This document shows, one piece after another, positions 41,818 to 56,258 of a stretch of 64,000 bases of DNA. Each line of letters opens with the position of its first letter. Position 1 is the stretch's first letter. The DNA is from Octopus vulgaris (taxonomy: Eukaryota): positions 31,744,001 through 31,808,000 of the forward strand of contig OX597818.1 of the NCBI GenBank assembly GCA_951406725.2. Direction: 5' to 3'. The translations under genes were made by a program, and so were the position numbers. The notes beneath the pieces were generated by a model that did not search any database, was not told where the DNA came from, and worked only from the letters and a program-made list of their open reading frames with translations.

Positions 41818-42454
41818 GCTTTCTTTTTCTCTTCCTTTCTTCCTTATTCAGTCTCGGTAATTTTTTACTTTCTTCCACTCAACCTCTTCATCATTCTTCT
41901 CGTTAAATCTGTCTTACGATTCAAACATGTCTTTCAAATGAAATTCTTCATTTAAATTTAAATTTCATTAAGGGCCATTTTTGAAATATTTCTGGTGCGT
42001 TCTTTGGAACCAAGTAAAAAAATAAAAATGCCTGAGATTAGTCTGGAAATTTTGGTATTATTTGTATTAAAAATTCAATAGTGGGGCACTTTATAATCTT
42101 CTAAAATCAAGAAATGGCCTGTATAATCTAGCTAACGATGGCCACCAATAAATAAACGATTCAGTGACAATTGATCAAGAAGTGTGTAAACATTTAAAGA
42201 TAAAGACACACTCCCGCATTCGTATGCACACATGCACTCATACAAACCATATAAACACACATATACACACGTATCCGTGTATCTCCTTGTAGTCAGCTAT
42301 TTCAAATGCTAGTGTCATCTTTAACTTTTCTGTTGGTACAAGTTTCTTGTTAAAGTTACGCCATTGGCAACGTGTTCCGTCTTGGTAGAAACTTAACTCT
42401 CCAGTCAAGTTTATTGTAAACAGTTGATGCAATGCATTGTGTGAAGTGTATTAT

Positions 42455-42607
42455 TGATGGTCGTGTGTTTAAGAAGCTTGCTTTACAATTACGTGGTTTG
42501 GAGATCAGTCCCACTACACGGTGCCTTCAGCAAATGTCTTCTTTTAAAGCCCCGGGCCAACAAATGAGTTGTGAGGGAATTTAGTTGACGGAAACTGCGT
42601 AGAAACG

Positions 42608-42656
<49 letters not shown>

Positions 42657-42890
42657 TGTGTGTGTGTATGTACATATGTATGTGTGTGTCTTCGTATTTA
42701 TGTTTGTCCGTCCTACGGCTTGACAAACGGTATCGGTTTGTTTACATCCCCGTAACATAGCGGCTCGATAAAACAGGCCAATAAAAATATATGCCAGACT
42801 TAAAAAAAGAAAGAAATCATTTCTTAGGTCGATTTCTTAGGCGGCACCTCAGTATGCTTCAATATCCAATGACTAAAACAAAGTAACAGG
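42455..42890 (+). mobile_element. SINE family A, old degenerate copy
   Basis: Head, internal (TA)n(TG)n, CCCCGTAAC block and tail remnants. Confidence 0.75.
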
Positions 42891-44002
42891 TAATTAAGTA
42901 AAATAAAGCCGGTTTAAATATTTGATAAATAACTCAAAGGGAAGATTATTCTGGCCTTACCTCTGTTTTCTACAAAAATCACAGTAAAAGCATGCTATTT
43001 TATGTATTTAAATTTGAAACTAATTTTTCCCAAATGTTAGAGGAATATAATATTTTATATCAGCCTTGGAAATGAGAAAAACTTTAAAATCCTTTCAGAT
43101 TAGCTGTCATAAAACTTTCCAGTTTCCATGGCTTTGTATTTGAAGAATATTTTACATTTTGTAGATGATACTTTTTATCTTGTTAGGAAAATATTTCAAG
43201 ACCTATATTGGCTTCCTTTTCATTTTCAGGTTTAAATTATTCTTTTGGCAGTTTTATTCGGATCTTTTTTTTATGATAATCACTAATGGAATTATCTTTT
43301 AGAGTTTCTCTATCCTCTGACGTGAATTCTTTTCGCTTCTGACTTGAAGCTTTTTCATGATGGAGTCAATAGACTGACCGTGGTCACAGGTGTTAGAATC
43401 TTACTGCCATTTCTCAATTAATATAAATGTTACGGCCAACCCACGAGTTATTCTATGAGGATTTTTCGTAAGATACTTATCCTGTGTCTGGTACTGTTTT
43501 ATATAGTGAATCCCTGACAATGAATTTAGATGAAGATCCATTGTTAGCTTGCTAGAAAATATGATACTTAAATGGCTTATATCAAGTGCTATAAAGTTTA
43601 CAATTCACATACTTGCATCAGAATTCATAAAATATATCAGCCACAACAAGGTTATTCACCGGTTTGCAGACATGTTGTCTTTGGTCGATGACGTTTTTTA
43701 AATGATATTTTAGATTTGATGTTATCTTATTTAACCGTTTTCGTCATTAAATTTACTTTTTGAAAACGGAGTGATTTACAAAATCATCTGTGCTAGATGG
43801 GGCCCGAAGGTTGATCGAAAGACTTGAAATTCAACGTTAGATTCAGCAGCTAGTTAAACATTCTAATTTCGTATCTATAATAATCATTTTCGTTAGAATT
43901 TTTTTAGACATATTAAAACCAGTCAGTTGAATAAAATAAATAATCATATTACTTCAAATCATCTGGAATCGTGGAATGTCTACGTGCGTGCTTGTGTATG
44001 TA

Positions 44003-44063
<61 letters not shown>

Positions 44064-46597
44064 ATATGCATTTATATACTTGAAATGTTGCACGATGTAT
44101 CTAGAAATATTGCTGCTACTAATATTGAATTTTGAATACTTTTCTGTCGGCCTTCAGGCTTCAACAAGAACAGTTTATTTTAAAAAATCATTTAATTTTT
44201 GAGAATTACTTTTCCTGCTTAAGAATTTAAAGAAGAAAAAATGTATCTGTTTATTTACTCTGTTACTTTTGGCTTCTTTACTGTTTAATTTATTTTCCAA
44301 CGTGATTAGTGCTGGTCTATGATTGGATATAAGGCATGCTTGTTGTAAGTTTTATGAGTTTTATGAAGAAAAATAGATATTCGTCTCTCCTACATATAGG
44401 GTGCATTTCTTTCATGTTCAAAACTCTGTTTGTGGTTTCTTTGTTTTGATGTTTCTGTTGTTGTTGCCTCAGGTCAAACCTGATTAAGCAGACGGTTGAT
44501 TAAGTCACTCAGAACTTCTACCATTCTATTCAATTTCCAAAAATATAATAATATTGAAAATTTAGTTGCTGATTCTGGCTGGTCAAATAAATATTTCGTT
44601 CCTTCGGATTCTTTACTTCTGTCTAGTTTTGCAACAGTGATTTATCTTGTATTGAATTATTTGTTTCCGTATTGTATGATTTTGTTGCTTAATTTATTTG
44701 AAACATATTAAAAGCTATTAGTTCAGTTTACAATGATGATTTTGTTGACGAGATCTAAGACCCTTTTCTGTATTATGGTTTTGTAGCTCATAAATTTAGA
44801 TAAATTGACATCCAGTGGGTTGGGGTATGAGAGACATCTCTGAGGTTTCAGCTTCTGATTTCATTGTATAATTTTTGCTCGCAAAAACTAAATCGAGTTT
44901 CTTTAGATTCTGCTGCTTTTGAACTTTATATCCGAAGTTTTATATTTACTGTTCTTTGCGTGAGAATCGGGGTTTTTAAGTATCAGTTTGCATTCGCTTC
45001 TATTCACGTGTACATTCACATACTCAACATATGGGCATCCATTCGTCTTTTCTCGAAATGCAGCTACAAGAACGAGCATGTTAATCTTGCTTGCCTCGGT
45101 TCTGCTGTGGATGTATATCCAAAATAAGGATTACCTTTTAACCTAAGAAGTTTAACTATAAGAATAAAATCTGCATTATGCTCACATTCGTCTTTCCAGT
45201 AGACTCGAAAATATCGTAGCAATTACAAACGAAAACCAATCAGGAGATAATCTGAGATAAGTCTGAAGTTATGGTAATGAGTGTGTTGAACTGAAGGTAG
45301 CAATACTTCTGAAAATCGATTTGATTTATCTACCCTGATTCCTGATGTAGGTGTCAGATCAATCATATCCACTTGATGAACCATGGACGTAATTTTGGTC
45401 ACGTCGTTCTATTAACATGAAAAACGCCTATTGAAAGATATGGCTGCGCGTGACTTTTATATATTATGTGATTATATATAAAGTAATTGATATGAGATAT
45501 TGTTACCGAGAATATTGTATAGATATAGATTTACATTGGTGGAGGTTTAAGCATGTAATAATTTCATATAGATAATGCTCCGTTATAAAACAATAGAACA
45601 AATGCTAAATTCGTAGGATTAATAGAATATTTTGTGGTGTTTGTTTCCACTCATCGTGCTCTCATTTCAAATGACACCAGGGCCAATAAATAAAGAACAA
45701 ACAGGGTGATAGATTGATGAAATTGTTAGATGAACAGTCGGACTGGTCGACTGTTCTGTCTTTGGGTATCTGGAGTTAAAATCCCTACTTCTGTCACCGA
45801 AAATGCTGACGCTTTACATGATAATCAAAGGTAAAAAATACACTCTAGTATCTAAACCGTCTATATCCAGCAAAAATATTCCACCCATTTTATTCTCAAA
45901 AATGGGTCAGATCAGGCCTCTCACACCAAGCCGACATTCTAAAAATAACAGTCACATCATTAATATCCAACCGAATCAAGATAATGCATAATTAATTCAA
46001 AATGGTGTATATAAATAAGCAATACATTTGACAAAGTAATGTGAATTCTAACGAGCTAAACACTTCGATAGGCTGGCTGGCACTTAAGACATATTTGTCA
46101 GATAATATTGAACGACTATCGCTTTCATGTGTGGGTTGGAGTTTGAATATTTGCAAAAAGGTGATTGACGGCAAGAAGCAGAACAATTTGTGTCTCCACG
46201 CGATGCAGCAATTTGTTACCTAATACGATTGTAAACTATAAATCACCACAAACTTTCAGTTTATGTCAGTCGTACATTTAGTAAATTAAAACCTCGTTTA
46301 AATTGACATTCATCTTGGCTTTATTCACACTTCACTGTTGTTGCTAGTCTTGTCAATTTTTTTTAAAAACCTGCAACGTTGTTTTAATCAAGTGATTAAT
46401 AAATAACCAGCTGGTCGTATTGTAAACGTGGTTGTTATGTATTTATTTGTCGTTGTTAAGAAAGAGGACGGTCAAATCTATATAGCTGTTATAATTATAT
46501 CATTTCATTACTCTATCAAATTGTTCCCTCGTGTATATATATATATATATATATACAAAGAGAGAGAAAGAGAGAGAGAGAGAGAGTGAGAGAGAGC

Positions 46598-46706
<109 letters not shown>

Positions 46707-46991
46707 ACATGGATAAAACTTACTTGGAAATGGATGCGTCGCGTTCAATCATATAATAATGTAAATACGATAAATAAATAAATAAAATATAAATATATAT
46801 GCATGCACACATATATGTACATACATATATATGTTTATACACATGCATATATGGGCACAGGACACCACAAAACGTGAGCAACATGAAATACGAAAGCAAC
46901 GTAATATACGAAATACGAAAACATGGAATACGAGCTTTTTTTGCTAACAATGGAAGAGACAAACGGAAAACAAGACATATATATGTATGTA

Positions 46992-47041
<50 letters not shown>

Positions 47042-47067
47042 CATATATATTTATATTATATTATATC

Positions 47068-47110
<43 letters not shown>

Positions 47111-47118
47111 ATATATAT

Positions 47119-47330
47119 TTCTTGCCCACAAGGGGCTAGACATAGAGGGGGACACACAAGGACAGACAAAGGGATTAAGTCGATTACATCGACCCCAGTG
47201 CGTAACTGGTACTTATTTAATCGACCCCGAAAGGATGAAAGGCGAAGTCGACCTCGGCGGAATTTGAACTCAGAACGTACCGCTAAGCATTTCGCTCGGC
47301 GTGCAAACGGTTCTGCCAGCTCGCCGCCTT
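47119..47330 (-). mobile_element. SINE family B, young full-length-like copy
   Basis: Head to CCCCTTGTGGGCAAGAAA tail, little decay. Confidence 0.92.
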
Positions 47331-48158
47331 ATGTATATAGAATTGATATTCTACTGCCGCTCATGTTAAGGCTGAATATTCTTCTTCAAATATTGTTCCT
47401 TGTGCTGCCTTTTTCCTTGTCATTTTTCTAAGTATTATTTTTCTAGATGCTGGTTATATATTTTCTTTATTGCATTGTTACTGTTATTTCAATCTCCGTG
47501 TAATCTCCGTGCTACTTGTTTTTCATTTTCTCCGGTTTTTGTTAGAAATTTAAGGAAATTGGCCGTGTTATTTTATCCACTAAACACAGATTTGATTAAC
47601 TTTGATAACAGATAATACTATGCAATCCCAAACGTACCGTGGATGTCAATTATCTGACAGCATACATTTGATCACAGAGACAACATACGTGTAAACAATC
47701 ACGAAAAACAGAGATAACATTTGAAACAGCTGCACATCCATTAATGGAAATAATATAAAAATAAAGACAATATTTACTTTCACAAACATCACAGAAACGG
47801 AACAGCTAAGCTGAACTGCTATCTATTTAGTATAGTAACCAAATTTTTGTGGAGAGAATTCTTAACGTCTTTAAGATGGAAGTTCCGTGTTTAAAATCCT
47901 GAATCTTAGGACAACATGGTTTATAAATAAGATACTCCTGCTACATTTAGAAAGGTCAATGGAATGTTCCAATCGATCACCTTTCAAATAACTGATTGGA
48001 ATTGACCGACAACAGTAATATCAAAGTATGCGAATAACACAACCAAAGCATCGAACTCTCACTCCTTCCCCCTTGTCTCTCTCTCTCTTTCTCATTCAAA
48101 CACTCACATTCATCCAGACACACTCATTCACAGACACGCTCACACATTCACACACACA

Positions 48159-48201
<43 letters not shown>

Positions 48202-48319
48202 TCAAACAAACAAGTAAATTTATGTTCTGTGTAAGAATACGTATGTTGTACAATATATAAATACACGGATACACACACGAATATTCACACTTATAAGTCA
48301 TACACAAATATAGGTACAG

Positions 48320-48393
<74 letters not shown>

Positions 48394-48547
48394 GCACACA
48401 CATACACATTTTATAATTCTGAAGACATGCAAATTTAACCATAACATGCAGATTCTGTTCATAGCTTTCTCTTTCAATTTATAATAAAGATGCACATGAA
48501 ATCCTAGTACTTCATGCATTTTGGTAAAATGCAATACATTCAACGCG

Positions 48548-49412
<865 letters not shown>

Positions 49413-50110
49413 CATGTATTTATGAATGCATGCACGTATAATGATCTCTCTGAAACCGGTCGGTGATAGCAACACTGTTAAATACATCCCCAAGGAGAAA
49501 TGGAAGCTGACAGCCACAGGTTAAAAAACAAAGAGGTCAGAGCGAAGTTTCCGAGGCTGACGTTCTCCTGAAGATATTAATTGTAACGTTCATTGAAGGG
49601 TGGAATCAATATATATATATGAGAGCAGAACACGAGCAAGCAGTAGAATCCAAATAGCGATTGTACGAAAACGGCGTAAAATATGAGAACAGATTTTTTC
49701 GGTAGCTAGAAAATGATTGAGAGAGCGAGAGAAGATAATATGCTTGGACAAGATAAAATCTGATTTAAAGGGCAGCATAGATGGTGACGTCAAACACGTT
49801 CTAATGGTCAGCTACTAACAGCACATAATAGCATAATAACACTAAACTATATTTCGTATTTGTATTTGGTTTGCAAGATTCTTTATGTGAATTCGTGTGT
49901 TTAAACATGTTTTATTGTGTCATTCTCTTTTAGTGCCTTATTATTTAACACACTCACCGGTACGATTTCCATTCAATTAGTTATTTTTTTTTTTCTGAAA
50001 TTTTCGTTGCTTCTTATCAATAGCTCGTTATCAGAGGTGCGTTGTTTTCGTTTGTTTGTTTGTGCGCATGCGTCAGTGTGCATGTGTATACACATATGTA
50101 TGTGTGTGTA

Positions 50111-50179
<69 letters not shown>

Positions 50180-50188
50180 ATATGTATA

Positions 50189-50221
<33 letters not shown>

Positions 50222-50234
50222 GCATATATGTATG

Positions 50235-50272
<38 letters not shown>

Positions 50273-50310
50273 TATATATACACATATATATACACACATA
50301 TATATATATA

Positions 50311-50460
50311 GGCGTAGGAGTGGTTGTGTGGTAAGTAGCTTGCTTACCAGCCACATGGTTCCGGGTTCAGTCCCTTGGGCAAGTATCTCCCACTATAGCC
50401 TCGGGCCGACCAAAGCCTTGTAAGTGGATTTGGTAGACGGAAACTGAAAGAGGTCTGTCG
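50311..50460 (+). mobile_element. SINE family A, 5' half
   Basis: GGCGTAGGAGTGGTTGTGTGGTAAG...GGTTCAGTCC...CCTTGGGCAAG. Confidence 0.9.
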
Positions 50461-50479
50461 TATATATGTATATATATAT

Positions 50480-50511
<32 letters not shown>

Positions 50512-50513
50512 GT

Positions 50514-50575
<62 letters not shown>

Positions 50576-50704
50576 ATTTGTATGTATGCATATATGTATG
50601 TTTTCTGCATATTCATGAGTTTGTGTTCATATTTGTGTGTTTGTATGAATGTGTGTATTTGTGTGTGTGTACATGTTTGAATGTGTCTATGTGTATGGGT
50701 TTGT

Positions 50705-50991
50705 GTGACTATGTAGTTGCGTCTGTTATGTATGGATGTGTGTCTCCATATGTGTCCTTATGTGTGTGTGTGAAGTGTGCATCTGTGTATATGGTCATGT
50801 GTTTCAGTCTTCATCAGTGTATGCGTGTATGCGTGTATGCGTGTGCGTGACTATGTAGTTGCGTCTGTTATGTATGGATGTGTGTCTCCATATGTGTCCT
50901 TATGTGTGTGTGTGAAGTGTGCATCTGTGTATATGGTCATGTGTTTCAGTCTTCATCAGTGTATGCGTGTATGCGTGTATGCGTGTGCGTG
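50705..50991. repeat. Exact tandem duplication, 142-bp unit x2
   Basis: Units start at 50705 and 50847 and appear identical. Confidence 0.95.
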
Positions 50992-51020
50992 CTTGTCTGT
51001 CTGCATTATCTATGTACCTC

Positions 51021-51069
<49 letters not shown>

Positions 51070-51075
51070 TTATTT

Positions 51076-51140
<65 letters not shown>

Positions 51141-51412
51141 TTATCTGTCTATCTATCTATCTGTTTGCTTACATATCCATTTACGTACACACACACACGA
51201 GCTTACATACACACACACACATATACGTCTACATAACAAGCTACTAACAACTCTACCTGTGTATATATAAACTTTGATGCAACGAAAATTTTAGAAAAAA
51301 ATAAATAACTAAATGAGTGGAAATCGAACCGGTGAGTGCGATCAAATAATAAGGCACTAAAAAAGGAATATATACACAATATATTTGAATAAACTGTCTC
51401 TGTGATGACATA

Positions 51413-51467
51413 TTATTGATGTACCTGAAGAGACCCAGAATGGGTCGAAACGTGTTGTACCCAATAA
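51413..51467 (+). ncRNA. Minimal type I hammerhead ribozyme with intact core
   Basis: TTATTG.GTAC-CTGAAGA-GACCCA-GAA-TGGGTC-GAAAC-GT-GTT-GTAC.CAATAA; 6-bp stem II, extended stem I, overlapping AATAAA. Confidence 0.75.
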
Positions 51468-51624
51468 ACTTTATTACATATTCTATCTCCGATTTTATTA
51501 ATATTGTTGCCCCAACCGCTACTACGAAGTTCCTGCAGTAAATCTACGGATAACCATAGGTGCTTTACTCGTCATCCATTTATACATTTTGCACAATTAC
51601 TCCATTATGCACAATTTCTCCATA

Positions 51625-51795
51625 TTACGAAGTAGATGCAGGCGTTTTTAAATCAAAGCTGGACATCTTTCTGTCGAGAGTCGCAGATGAACCTACCTCA
51701 CGGTAAGAGGTGCAAATGAGGGTAGCTACATCAAACTCCATTCTTCAGCAAGTGCCACGTATTGGAGGAGGCTCTCGGTAATAACAGTGTAGTAA
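51625..51795 (+). mobile_element. CR1-group LINE 3' fragment
   Basis: VDAGVFKSKLDIFLSRVADEPTSR*EVQMRVATSNSILQQ; homologous to 35175-35340. Confidence 0.8.
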
Positions 51796-51843
51796 AATGA
51801 AGGAGACTAGAGAGAGAAAAATACACACACACATACATACATA

Positions 51844-51891
<48 letters not shown>

Positions 51892-52089
51892 AAGATAGAT
51901 AGATAAATACAGATACAGAGAGGTGGACATACGTATACTTAGATATATATACATGCTTATATATGCATATCTATGCATATGCATCATATACATGAAGCTT
52001 TATGTATATACAAATGTGCGTGTACATATGTATATACATTATATACATATATATATGTATGTATATATAGATATGTGTGTGTATCTATG

Positions 52090-52140
<51 letters not shown>

Positions 52141-52196
52141 ATGTGTGTGTGTGTACATATATATATACAGATATATATATATATATATTCATATAC

Positions 52197-52236
<40 letters not shown>

Positions 52237-52685
52237 GCATGCGTAAACGCATATATATGCATATAGTATCCATTCAACTGGAAGGACAAGGCCATATATA
52301 TGCAAATAATATCAAGTATATATTATGTATTACATAAACGCATACATACATACATACATACATACATACATACATACATACATGCATACATACATATATA
52401 AACATCTTCAATTATTCATGCATGTTTTCTGAGTAATTCCAACTTGTGGCAAAATGTAACCAGAGCCTAAGTGATTCTAGTATGCATTGCATAGTCTGGA
52501 CGCGTGCCACTCTCTACAGACTTCTGGCAACATGACTCACCTATTAAGAGGCACAAACAGCAAAGTTAGAAATCGTTGCACTTTCTTCACACGAAGACAT
52601 CAATACGCCATTAGTGGGGATAGAAGTTTAATATCTTATACATAACCCGACACATTTTAGAATATGCATGCATAAAGTTTTATAA

Positions 52686-52726
<41 letters not shown>

Positions 52727-52737
52727 TGTGTGTGTGT

Positions 52738-52800
<63 letters not shown>

Positions 52801-52882
52801 TATATACATATATATATATACATATATAGATATATACATACATACATATATATACACACGCACACTCACATATATATACACA

Positions 52883-52924
<42 letters not shown>

Positions 52925-53854
52925 AACATTCACACACACATATACATACATGTATGCACACAGACATGCATATATGTATATTAAAACACACATACACAAA
53001 CCTTCATATAAATATATGCATGTGTATATGTTTGACTTTATGCATATATATATATATATACATGTCTGGGTGTGTCACTGCGTTCATGCGTTCGCGTGCG
53101 TGTCTATGTATATATAATGGACATAGAATGTACGAGTAAATGAAAGATTGCCTATATATGCAGTGATGAGTGAGTGTACAACATCTGTAACTTATTGGCT
53201 TTCCCTAGTTTCGACTGCCTCATGCATTTTCATGGTAATTCGAACTGATAATCTGCGCTTTGTATGTGTCTTAATCTGAAGTTAACGACTTCGATTGTTT
53301 AAAATGGCTTGGTAAGGCGTGGGGCAATCTGATGTTGTGTGGCGAGGTGAAGTTCTATGCGAGTTTGTGTGCCGAATGTTTGAATCTTCTGCTATCAGTT
53401 TGTGCTGAATCGATATCAGTGACTTCTAATTCTGAATGCGGCATAACCTTTATTGGAAAATAAATTAATTTAGGCAAAATCTGTGATATTATTGTACATA
53501 TGGGGCTAAATTTATCAGATATTCTTTAAGAATATGGCAGCAAGGGTCGTGAACTAAAATATGCTAGTCAGCCAGATAAAATATCACTGAGTTGGAAAAT
53601 ATTGTTGCAGCTTCTAATCATTAAAGAGAAACCCTGACATAAATGCAGATTATCGATGTGACTCAGAGAATAATGTGCAACGGATTAACTTGTTGCAACT
53701 TAGATGTAATCGGAAACATATTTTAGCGACGTCATAGATGTACTAGAAATGTCTGTTATTGTTAGAAATCTTTAATATCTTCAGGGCTCTTTTACTAAGT
53801 TAAAATGACCGAAGGAATGGAATACGTTGCAAAAATACATTACTGAAATATTTG

Positions 53855-54531
53855 CTCTTTAACTTGTTTCAGTCATTTTACTGCGGCCATGCTGGAGCAC
53901 CGCCTTTTAGTCGAGCAAATCTACCCCAGGACTTATTCTTTGTAAGCCTAGTACTTAGTCCATCGGTCTCTTTTGCCGAACCACTAAGTTACGGGGACGT
54001 AGACACACCACCATCGGTTGTCAAGCGATGTTGGGGGAACAAACACAGACACACAAACATATACATACACACATACATACATACATACCTACATACATAC
54101 ATACATACATACATACCTACCTACATACATACATACATACATACATACATACATACATACATACATACACACACATACATACATACATACATACATACAT
54201 ACATACATACATACATACATACATACATGTATATAAAATTACAAAATGGGACAAGAACGCAAAACATTAAAATAGACGATACAAAAAACACGGACGGATC
54301 ATTCGAACCATCTAATCTTCAGTCAAGAACCGGATCATCCTCGCAATTTCGGCTGATATACATATATACGACGGGCTTCTTTCAGTGTTCGTCTACCAAA
54401 TCCACTCACAAGGCTATAGTCAGCCCGAGGCTATAGTAGAAGACACTTTCCTAAGGTGTCACGCAGTGGGACCGAACCCGTAACCATGTGTTTGGTAAGC
54501 AAGCTACTTACCACACAGCCACTCCTACGCC
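53855..54531 (-). mobile_element. SINE family A, full length, with expanded internal microsatellite interrupted by an unrelated ~125-bp insert (54234-54358)
   Basis: Both halves match 59663-60148. Confidence 0.92.
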
Positions 54532-54789
54532 TATTTAGTCAAAATCCTGTCTGAAATTTGGTTTACATTTAATTATGCATAGATTTACATCTTAGGCGTA
54601 CAGCACCAAACATTTTGGTGAAATTCTGGCGTAGGTCCTGCCGGAATGAACTGCAAATTCGACTCCAGTGAGATATGAACTCAAAACATTAACAAACGTA
54701 TTTAAATTCCACGTAATTTTTATCCTCTGCTTTAATGATTCTCTCAGTTCACTAGACTATGTAGCTATACTAAATTTATAAATTCCTTT

Positions 54790-55001
54790 AAGGCTGCGAG
54801 CTTTCAAACTCGTTAGTACGTCGAGCAAAACGTTTAGCGGTGTTTCGTATGTCTTAAAGGCGTTGAGTTCAAATTCCGCCGACGTCAAGTTTGCCTTTCA
54901 TCCTTTCGGTGTTGATAAAATAAGACCCATTTGAACACTGACATCGATGTAATCGACTTACCCCTCCCCCAGAATTGCAGGCATTATTTCATAATTTGAA
55001 G
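54790..55001 (+). mobile_element. SINE family B, degenerate
   Basis: Head, B box, TTTGCCTTTCATCCTTTCGG core. Confidence 0.85.
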
Positions 55002-55193
55002 CCGAAATCAAATTCCTTTGTGAGTAACTAGTTGACCACCGAGCTATGGTATCACAAATACTGTGAGTACGGAAGGAAATATATTAAATCCAGCTTGAAG
55101 CCGAGATATACTCCACCTTTTACCTAAATATCTCACAAAGTCTCTGAAGATTAGAAGCTGGACAGAAAAGAAAAAAATACAAGTTAAATTGCT

Positions 55194-55380
55194 ACAGTTC
55201 TATATTTAAGAGATGAGGAATTATGTTCATTATTTACATTATTTACATTCGACAGATATTTGTCCTCATCTTGTTTGTTGTTAACACAACATTTCGGCTG
55301 ATATTCCCTCCAGCCTTCTTCAGGTGTCTTGGGGGGGGGGGATTTCGAACCTGGGTTCTCATTCCTAAGGTATTTTTCGA

Positions 55381-55419
<39 letters not shown>

Positions 55420-55510
55420 GATTATTATTATTATTGTTCAGGTCACTGATTGGACCGGAACTCGGAATCTTGGTGTTAGTAGCTCGCGCTCTTAACCACT
55501 ACACCATATG
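55194..55510 (-). mobile_element. tRNA-headed SINE (family D) with internal (AAT)n, hammerhead ribozyme and Penelope-derived 3' end
   Basis: A box TGGTGTAGTGG, degenerate B box GAGTTCCGGTCC, (AAT)n, hammerhead at 55283-55328; 55229-55277 matches 38507-38554. Confidence 0.8.
55283..55328 (-). ncRNA. Minimal type I hammerhead ribozyme
   Basis: GACAC-CTGAAGA-A-GGCTG-(10 nt)-CAGCC-GAAA-TGTT-GTGTT; stem I GACAC/GTGTT, stem II GGCTG/CAGCC; GAAAT probably a CpG transition from GAAACGTT. Confidence 0.75.
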
Positions 55511-55559
55511 TAGCACTAAATTATTTAAGTTCATTTCGGCAAAAGGCTACCAAGGATAA

Positions 55560-55577
55560 ACCTCCTCCTCCTCCTTC

Positions 55578-55631
<54 letters not shown>

Positions 55632-55734
55632 CCACCACCACCACCACCACCATCGCCATTGTCATCATCATCATCACCATCATCAATAGCAACAGCAACA
55701 ACGTCGTCGTCGCCGCCACCACTACAATGATGAC

Positions 55735-55773
<39 letters not shown>

Positions 55774-56111
55774 AATGATGATGATGTTGATGTTGACGAC
55801 GACGATGGCGATGACGACGATCATGATCATGATAATGATGATGATAATAATACTGCTGCTGCTTCTGATGATGATGATGTCGATTATGTCATGATGATAA
55901 TCATCATCACCATCATTGTCAACATGGTGTGTTTTGATGGTTGTAGTTAAGGTGGTGAATAAACGGTGGCGGGGTGATGGTGTAGCAGCGATGATTATAA
56001 GGAAGATTGTATGAAGAGAGGATGAGACACTAACAGGAGAAAAGTGGAGGAAGTGGGGGTGTACTGAAGTCGACATCGACGATAAACGATGATGATGATG
56101 ATGATGATGAC

Positions 56112-56160
<49 letters not shown>

Positions 56161-56196
56161 GTGATGATGACGATGATGATGATGATGATGATGATA

Positions 56197-56258
<62 letters not shown>

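Noticed and set aside
43150-43180. FVDDTF-like peptide suggesting an RT active site
   Set aside because: No flanking RT motifs in any frame; likely chance.
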